From positions 1,822 to 43,459 of the forward strand of contig CAZSXX010000002.1 in assembly GCA_964611245.1 (NCBI GenBank): a stretch of 41,638 nucleotides of DNA. Reading direction: 5' to 3'. The DNA comes from an uncultured Verrucomicrobiota bacterium (GTDB lineage: Bacteria; Verrucomicrobiota; Verrucomicrobiia; Limisphaerales; SXQI01). Below, piece by piece: positions 37,401-41,638 of the stretch. Position 1 is the stretch's first letter; every line of letters starts with the position of its first letter. The translations under genes were made by a program, and so were the position numbers. Below the pieces are notes generated by a model. It was not told where the DNA came from. It was given only the letters and a program-made list of their open reading frames with translations, and made no database searches.

Positions 37401-37455
37401 TGGGCCGCCGCGCAATTGACCCCAATTCCCGGGCCACCACCGGCAACAATTTCAT
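34444..37455 (-). CDS. Fusion protein with two tandem ABC-2-like permease domains plus a ~415-aa C-terminal extracytoplasmic domain of unknown function
   Basis: The protein is 1,003 aa. Each half carries the ABC-2/NosY/GldF-type loop motif (SEEKREGTLGLLFLTDL at about aa 80-96; EDRRSNALELLLTTPI at about aa 364-380), flanked by multiple TM spans. A final TM lies at about aa 572-588. A helical-looking soluble domain follows, ending in DPYSGEPLRYAIRPDGYSIISVS, a motif recalled from many PVC hypothetical proteins. Confidence 0.8.
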   Translation of the reverse strand: MKLLPVVARELGSIARRPSAYWLRSGAAVAAFIAMGYVALVGSQGTRALDLGRNLFEILSAGAFAYCLVAGIRGTADALSEEKREGTLGLLFLTDLKGYDVVFGKFVSLGINSVYGVLAVVPVLALAMMLGGTSGRQFLMMAGCLFNTLFFSLAAGIFVSTFSQQERPAMSGALGIIFAACAGPYVAAVAHAYESLEIWEVMTNEFLLTSPIFAYRTASDPALARIHFDDFLLSLAYLHLAGWLCLVVASASIAQRAHQDAPRGRFVTWFLRLRQELAYGKAARRRALRGTLLDRNAFSWLAGRDRLKGRYAWAFLAMLGALWWFARWKAPEVMADWPVTLGAIWFVHLFFKIWLASEVASRFIEDRRSNALELLLTTPIRLREFASGQRLALARQFGGPVLLIFALNALAGWNSRFSFGYAIQTERPWLFFLGGFVHLLADFYAIHWVAIWRSMHLRGTNRAISQVILLVVLIPSAGWFLVLHGSWMYALTSGRPSPSLSVLFWIWTALCVAYNVLLAHIARRAFLRDFRAIASQAFERPSAGGTRLGRKGKGVVEPRPQPSSPMASMRRPVIACVLVGGLLYGAASWRRRQMDSELAARLDKIWASGQPVAAHQIPKWKPSPDPSQSAGELLRAFQRKVVSRPGVTLRNDLLWNPAEEPPALSIQRMTRFVATNGPAFQLLEQLPGRAASGPANPNLPQHPLRHEIFADALGARALLEMNGRSTNAAASINLILHVARALETEGIEGLNAARQALSTATALMQRGANMEVFTPADWRLWKASLEGLRPVPALVDTLIVDRIFGLEAYQYPPDVIWHRHGRWVTGISWVFTASWSMRQVIGQDRVDQMDYLELMEAAISRAQKPFWESAGARGPARPRQAGLTSKSLIAPVLVPPVEWLFGVATGIEATRLVLQSAADVEIHRLTHGTLPENLAAAGSPPRRDPYSGEPLRYAIRPDGYSIISVSEGMQGHTGIRRLGNRYGEIAFFRGPPPARSKAAAPTP

Positions 37456-37549
37456 CGCAGCGATCGCATTCCAAAGGCCGCGCCTGATTCATCCGACGCG
37501 CGCCTCCCATTCGACCGGCAGTCTGGCCATCCCTCACGCGGAATAAAAG

Positions 37550-38152
37550 TCAGAAGCTGATGTCGAGCGGGCGGATCGCGGGCGTGGCGGGCGGCTTGGC
37601 GGCGGGCGTGGCCTCGGCGAAGCCCTCCGTCCGGGCGATGGTGGTCACCAACATCTTGACCTGGTTGGTGTAAAGGAACTCGGAGGCGGTCGTCCAACTG
37701 GACTCAAAAGATTTGGCCACCTTGGCGGCGATGTCCGAGATTTCGGGGCGGCATTTGACGAGTGGCCGAAAATAAATCCGGTTGTTGTAATCAAGGTAGG
37801 AGCCCGATTCCGCCACATAGCAGACCACATGCGTCAACCCGGGCATCCGCACCGCGATCAGGCGTGGCGTGAACCCCTTTTCCCTCAGCACCATCGCCGC
37901 CAACGTGGCGAAGTCGTCGCAATCCCCGCTCTCTGTGGCGAGGAATTTCTCCGGCGGCTGCACCTCCGCGTGCAGCTCATACTTGAAGCGCGCGAACCGG
38001 GCCATCAACCGGCGCGGATTCAGGTCCGGGTCCGCCCGCAGGTCCTCCAGCGACAGCCCGGCCAGGTCCGCCGCGGCCAACGCCAGCAGCGTCGCCCACG
38101 TGGCGAGCGTGCGCGCGGCGTCGGGCCAGATGGCTCTTGGCGGTTTCAACAA
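37550..38152 (-). CDS. Transglutaminase-like / BTLCP-like (papain-fold) cysteine peptidase domain protein, probably secreted
   Basis: The candidate Cys-His-Asp arrangement is SGDC78DDFATLAAMVL, LTH108VVCYV and SYLD121YNN, with spacing typical of transglutaminase-core/BTLCP proteins. The N-terminus is hydrophobic and signal-like (TLATWATLLALAAA). The only available start is TTG 38152, so the start is uncertain. Confidence 0.65.
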   Translation of the reverse strand: MLKPPRAIWPDAARTLATWATLLALAAADLAGLSLEDLRADPDLNPRRLMARFARFKYELHAEVQPPEKFLATESGDCDDFATLAAMVLREKGFTPRLIAVRMPGLTHVVCYVAESGSYLDYNNRIYFRPLVKCRPEISDIAAKVAKSFESSWTTASEFLYTNQVKMLVTTIARTEGFAEATPAAKPPATPAIRPLDISF

Positions 38153-38190
38153 TGCGGGCGGGCGCGCCGATGCGACGGCGCCGCCCCTTC

Positions 38191-38229
38191 GGATATCGGC
38201 TCAATTCCTTTGCGTTTAACCCGATATCC
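38191..38229. promoter_or_regulatory. 9-bp perfect inverted repeat (each arm containing GATATC) in a divergent intergenic region
   Basis: GGATATCGG (38191-38199) and CCGATATCC (38221-38229) are separated by a 21-nt spacer. The repeat ends 19 nt upstream of the CHASE3 gene ATG and begins 39 nt from the divergent TTG start. Confidence 0.3.
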
Positions 38230-38248
38230 AGAATACTTGGACACGCTG

Positions 38249-39382
38249 ATGACCCCGACGCGCGCTGGCATCGACTTCGACCCGGCGATTGAAAAAAAAC
38301 TGCTGGGCTGGCTCATTGTGGCGCTGCTGATTGTGGCGCTGATGGCCGCCGCCGCCATTCAAAACAACGCCCGCCAGGCCGAGAGCGCCGCCTGGGTCAA
38401 CCACACCCACGCCTTCATCCTCGAAACCGACGGCATCCTCTCCTCGCTCCATGCCGCCGAGGCCGCGCAGCGCACCTTCCTCCTGACGGGGGATGACGCC
38501 ACAAAACAGCTCGCCGTCGAGTATTTCGCGAGGGTCGATGAGCACCTGAAAGTGGCCGCCAAGCTCGCCTTCCAGAATCCCGGGCAGAAGGGGAGGCTGG
38601 CCACGATCGCCGCGCTCCTCCAGCGCCAGATCGACCTCAACAAGGATTCCGTTCAGCTCCGCGGGCAGGATCCCAAGGCCGCCGCCGCCCTGTTCACCAC
38701 CGGCCAGGCCCGAACGAATGTCGCGCAAATCGAGATTGAAATCTCCACCGGCAAGGCGGAGGCCAACCAATTGCTCCATGAGCGCGAACAAAAGCTCACC
38801 CGCCACACCGCGCGCACCGAGCAAATCCTGTATGCCGGCGCCGGCCTCAACCTCCTCCTCTTGGGTTTTGCCTTCTATGTCGTGCGCATGGATTTGAACC
38901 TCCGCCGCAAAGCCACCGAGATTCTCGAGGCGAAGGTGGCCGAGCGCACGGCCGAGCTCGCCGCCGCCAACGAAAAACTGCAGATCGAGAATCTGGAACA
39001 AAAATGGGGCCAGGCGGCCCTCGCCCGCGTCGTCCGCCACCATGAACTGATTTTCAATTCCATGGGCGAGGCGGTTTTTGTCATCAGCCGCAACGGCCGG
39101 ATCATCTCCTCCAACCGCGCCGCGGCGGACCTCGTTGGAATCGGCGCCTCGGAGCTCGCCGCGCGGCCCATCGCCTCAATCATCCAGGACACCGCCGCCG
39201 GGGACGAGCGCTGGGAGAATCATTTTCTCTCCTCCCACCTCCTGCGCGGGGATTCAATTTCGGCACAGCCGGCGTTCTTGAAAGCGGGCGCTGGGATGGT
39301 CGCCGTCCGCCTCTCCTGCCAACCCACGCGCGACCAGGAGAACCTCACCGGCGCGGTGGTCACCCTTGCCCGGACTCACTGA
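38249..39382 (+). CDS. CHASE3-PAS sensor protein without a recognisable output domain
   Basis: Start is ATG 38249 (MTPTRAGIDF). The order is TM1 (LLGWLIVALLIVALMAAAAI), a CHASE3-like periplasmic segment (WVNHTHAFILETDGILSSLHAAEAAQRTFLLTGD...), TM2 (ILYAGAGLNLLLLGFAFYVV), a coiled coil (AERTAELAAANEKLQIENLEQ) and one PAS-like domain, then a stop. The 140 upstream codons in the track ORF are antisense junk over the neighbouring gene. Confidence 0.8.
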   Translation: MTPTRAGIDFDPAIEKKLLGWLIVALLIVALMAAAAIQNNARQAESAAWVNHTHAFILETDGILSSLHAAEAAQRTFLLTGDDATKQLAVEYFARVDEHLKVAAKLAFQNPGQKGRLATIAALLQRQIDLNKDSVQLRGQDPKAAAALFTTGQARTNVAQIEIEISTGKAEANQLLHEREQKLTRHTARTEQILYAGAGLNLLLLGFAFYVVRMDLNLRRKATEILEAKVAERTAELAAANEKLQIENLEQKWGQAALARVVRHHELIFNSMGEAVFVISRNGRIISSNRAAADLVGIGASELAARPIASIIQDTAAGDERWENHFLSSHLLRGDSISAQPAFLKAGAGMVAVRLSCQPTRDQENLTGAVVTLARTH

Positions 39383-40740
39383 CCAATGCAATAAAGCGCG
39401 TTCGAGGTCCGGATGAACAATTGTTTCCCGGCGACGGCCATCGAGGAAAGCGTGTAGGAACCATCCAATTCGTTGGTCCCGATGAGCTTGAACTCCGGCC
39501 CCGCGGCGACAATCGTGGTCACGGCCTTTTCGTTGAGGACATAAATTTTCCCATCGGCCAGCACCGGCGAGGCGCTGACGGTCCCCACCGCCGTGCGTTC
39601 CGGCCCCCAGACCTTCCTCCCCGTCTTGATGTCCACGCAGGTGACGCTGCCATTGTCCGACACCATGTAAAAATGGGTCCCGTCCGAAAGAGGGGAGGGG
39701 ACATCCGGCGCGCCCTCCTCTTCATACTTCCAGGCGAGGTGGCTTTCGCTCACATCGCCGGTCCCACCCGCCCGCAAGGCCAGCAGCGGCTTCTGCCGCG
39801 TCGGCGCGAAGATCATCCCGTCCTTCACAATCGGCGACGCGATGATGCGGTAGTTATGGCTCCGGCGCGGGTTCAGTCCGGACGCGCGCCAAAGCTCCGT
39901 TCCCGTCTCCGCGTCATGGCCCGTGACGTAGTCGCCACCGGAAACCACGATTTGCTTTTTCCCATCGACCGTCAGCAGGGCAGGGGTGGTGTAGGCGTCC
40001 GGCGACTCCCGGATCGCGTCGGTGGGCCGGTCTTTCTTCCAAATCTCCTTCCCGGTCGCTCCGTCAAATGCCACGACATAGGATCCCCCCTCGCCGTAAC
40101 CCTGCAAAACCTCGATGATTAATTTTCCGTCCAGCAGCAAGGGAGACGACGCGTAACCCCAGTTCAGCCGCAAGTTCCCGTAATCCTTGCGCAAGTTCCG
40201 GCTCCACAGTTTTTTCCCCTCCCAATCAAACGCCGTAACCGACGCCGTCCCCGTCACCGCCCAAACCGTTTTCCCATCCGTCACCGGCGAGGGCGAACTC
40301 AGGTTTTGCTTGCGGAAAAGTTGGTTCCCCTCGTCCAGGTCGCGCTCCCAAACAACTGCCCCGTCCTTTCTCGCGATCGCGATCAGCATCAATTTCGGGC
40401 CGCCCGGATCGCTCACCCCATAGCTTCCGCCGCCGCCGAAACGCCCGCCGCCGCGCCGCTCCTCCGGGCTCTCCGGCTTGGCGCTCGGGTCACTCTTGGA
40501 GGGCGACGTCACGAAAACCAGGCCCCCGTGAACAATCGGCGTGGCCCCGCTCCACGAGGGCAATTCCCGCTTCCAGACGATGCTTTCATTGGTCGACCAG
40601 CGCGTCGGAAGCCCCCTCGAGTCGCTGATCCCATTCCCTTCCGGCCCCCTCCACGCCGGCCAGTTCTCGTTCGCGCTGGCGCCGTTCAGCGCCGTGCTTG
40701 CCACGATCATCGCCGCGAGGCGCGAAATCTTTTTCATCAT
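39376..40740 (-). CDS. PQQ-like (BamB-type) beta-propeller repeat protein, secreted
   Basis: A signal peptide (MMKKISRLAAMIVASTALNGASA) is followed by NWPAWRGPEGNGIS. Repeated W..........G.pvv..g.v.v propeller blades follow. Confidence 0.88.
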   Translation of the reverse strand: MMKKISRLAAMIVASTALNGASANENWPAWRGPEGNGISDSRGLPTRWSTNESIVWKRELPSWSGATPIVHGGLVFVTSPSKSDPSAKPESPEERRGGGRFGGGGSYGVSDPGGPKLMLIAIARKDGAVVWERDLDEGNQLFRKQNLSSPSPVTDGKTVWAVTGTASVTAFDWEGKKLWSRNLRKDYGNLRLNWGYASSPLLLDGKLIIEVLQGYGEGGSYVVAFDGATGKEIWKKDRPTDAIRESPDAYTTPALLTVDGKKQIVVSGGDYVTGHDAETGTELWRASGLNPRRSHNYRIIASPIVKDGMIFAPTRQKPLLALRAGGTGDVSESHLAWKYEEEGAPDVPSPLSDGTHFYMVSDNGSVTCVDIKTGRKVWGPERTAVGTVSASPVLADGKIYVLNEKAVTTIVAAGPEFKLIGTNELDGSYTLSSMAVAGKQLFIRTSNALYCIGQ

Positions 40741-40754
40741 GACGATTGGGGTTC

Positions 40755-41638
40755 TCAGGTCATGTAGGGCTGATACTCCGGGACCGCCTGTTTCAGCAGC
40801 ACCTTCAATTGGACGGCCTCCGCCCGGTGCAGTTCAACGGACAGCGCCTCGAAAAGCCCCTTCACCTTCGGCAGGGGCTGCGGCTCCGAGACAAAGCGCA
40901 TGATTTTCGGGTGGTGGGTCGGCGTGATGTTCTCGCCCTTGTGGCTGAGTTCCTCGAAAAGCTTTTCCCCGGGCCGCAACCCGACAAATTCGATCTCGAT
41001 GTCCTCGTCGGGCCGCAGCCCGCTCAACTCGATCAACTGCCGGGCCAAATCCACGATCTTCACGGGCTGCCCCATGTCCAGGACGAAAATCTCGCCCCCC
41101 GACCCCTGCGCGCCGCTTTGCAGGACCAACCCCACCGCCTCGGGGATCGTCATGAAATAGCGCGTCACGTCCGGATGCGTCACGCGCACCGGCCCCCCGG
41201 CGGCGATCTGCTTGTTGAAAACGGGGATCACGCTGCCGGACGAGCCAAGGACATTGCCAAACCGCACCGCCATGAATTTGGTGTTCGAACCGTTGGCCGC
41301 GTGGACCGCCTGCAGATAAATTTCGGCCAGCCGCTTGGAGGCTCCCATCACGTTGGTCGGGTTGATCGCCTTGTCCGTCGAAATGAACACAAAGCGCTCC
41401 ACCCCGTACTCGACCGCCAAATCGCACAGGTGCGCCGTCCCAAACGTGTTGTTCTTGATCGCCTCGCTCGGCTGGCTTTCCATCATCGGCACATGCTTGT
41501 GCGCCGCGGCGTGGAAAATAACGCTCGGCTCAAAGCGCTCCATGATGTACCGCATGCGCGCGTCATCGAGGATGTCCGCGACCAACGGCAGGATAATCCC
41601 CCCAAAACCCCGTTCGATCAATTCCTGCTCAATCTGGA
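40755..41638 (-). CDS. Polysaccharide biosynthesis protein, CapD/PglF/WbpM-type NDP-sugar 4,6-dehydratase/epimerase (C-terminal part; the N-terminus lies outside the window)
   Basis: Supporting motifs are FHAAAHKHVPMME, FVFISTDKAINPTNVMGASKRLAE and RFGNVLGSSGSVIPVF. The reading frame stays open to the window edge (..QIEQELIERGF..). The track 'start' at 41621 is an internal TTG. Confidence 0.9.
   Translation of the reverse strand, partial: QIEQELIERGFGGIILPLVADILDDARMRYIMERFEPSVIFHAAAHKHVPMMESQPSEAIKNNTFGTAHLCDLAVEYGVERFVFISTDKAINPTNVMGASKRLAEIYLQAVHAANGSNTKFMAVRFGNVLGSSGSVIPVFNKQIAAGGPVRVTHPDVTRYFMTIPEAVGLVLQSGAQGSGGEIFVLDMGQPVKIVDLARQLIELSGLRPDEDIEIEFVGLRPGEKLFEELSHKGENITPTHHPKIMRFVSEPQPLPKVKGLFEALSVELHRAEAVQLKVLLKQAVPEYQPYMT

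Noticed and set aside
17027-37419. Other long shadow ORFs opposite well-supported genes (e.g. 18251..20437, 20788..22299, 22269..23621, 23802..24995, 25858..27588, 27197..28960, 28675..29784, 33467..34513, 35896..37419; also 12168..13631 on the minus strand, which lies just outside this span)
   Set aside because: The reasoning is the same. The sequences are Arg/Gly/Pro-rich and featureless. Each lies fully inside a gene on the other strand that has clear family motifs (ABC Walker motifs, DUF1501, DUF1553, CocE/NonD, MFS and so on).
37550-38152. LapG-like protease acting on the giant protein (LapA/LapG/LapD-type adhesin release system)
   Set aside because: The giant protein has a Sec signal peptide rather than a T1SS C-terminal signal or an N-terminal retention module with a di-alanine site. 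No LapD-like GGDEF/EAL receptor or T1SS (fused ABC-C39, TolC) is present. The two genes are 24 kb apart on opposite strands. The family resemblance is noted only in the finding on 34444-38152.

Overview
This is a GC-rich 41.6-kb window with 22 supportable protein-coding genes plus one speculative small ORF. No transposase, integrase, CRISPR array or rRNA was seen. The gene content points to the PVC superphylum (Verrucomicrobiota or Planctomycetota). It includes DUF1549/DUF1553 and DUF1501 genes, 'Planctomycete cytochrome C' domains, a TIGR03067-like small protein and a giant beta-helix surface protein. The window opens inside the 3' end of a tmRNA-like (or tRNA-Ala) gene. About 30% of the window (390-13013, + strand) is one 4,207-codon ORF. 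It encodes a Sec-signal-bearing modular protein with six tandem 'GSLR(Q/E)A head + parallel beta-helix + Ig-like cap' modules. Five GEVED-type units follow, and a DUF4214 pair is nested inside a DUF11/CARDB-like domain. Directly downstream lies a small two-TM protein whose termini together form a circularly permuted, non-phosphopantetheinylatable ACP-like domain. A tightly packed 8-gene minus-strand string runs from 24833 to 13833. It carries a four-gene, translationally coupled PVC-specific module of unknown function (DUF1549/DUF1553, Tat-DUF1501, IPT/PPC-domain protein, PSCyt1-WD40). After that come a GT9 glycosyltransferase, a TIGR03067-like protein, coaX and a BNR/sialidase-like protein. 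The rest of the window holds efp; a HlyD / ABC ATPase / ABC-2 permease / CocE-NonD hydrolase operon; a REC-PAS-PAS-HK-REC hybrid kinase; an MFS transporter behind a structured 236-nt leader; a double ABC-2 permease fused to a ~415-aa extracytoplasmic domain, preceded by a transglutaminase-like Cys-peptidase-fold protein; a CHASE3-PAS sensor with no output domain; a PQQ-like beta-propeller; and a truncated CapD-type sugar dehydratase. The many long ORFs antisense to these genes are GC-driven shadow ORFs. All coordinates, motif positions and alignments were derived by eye and by hand. No database search or computation was run, and family names are recalled from memory.
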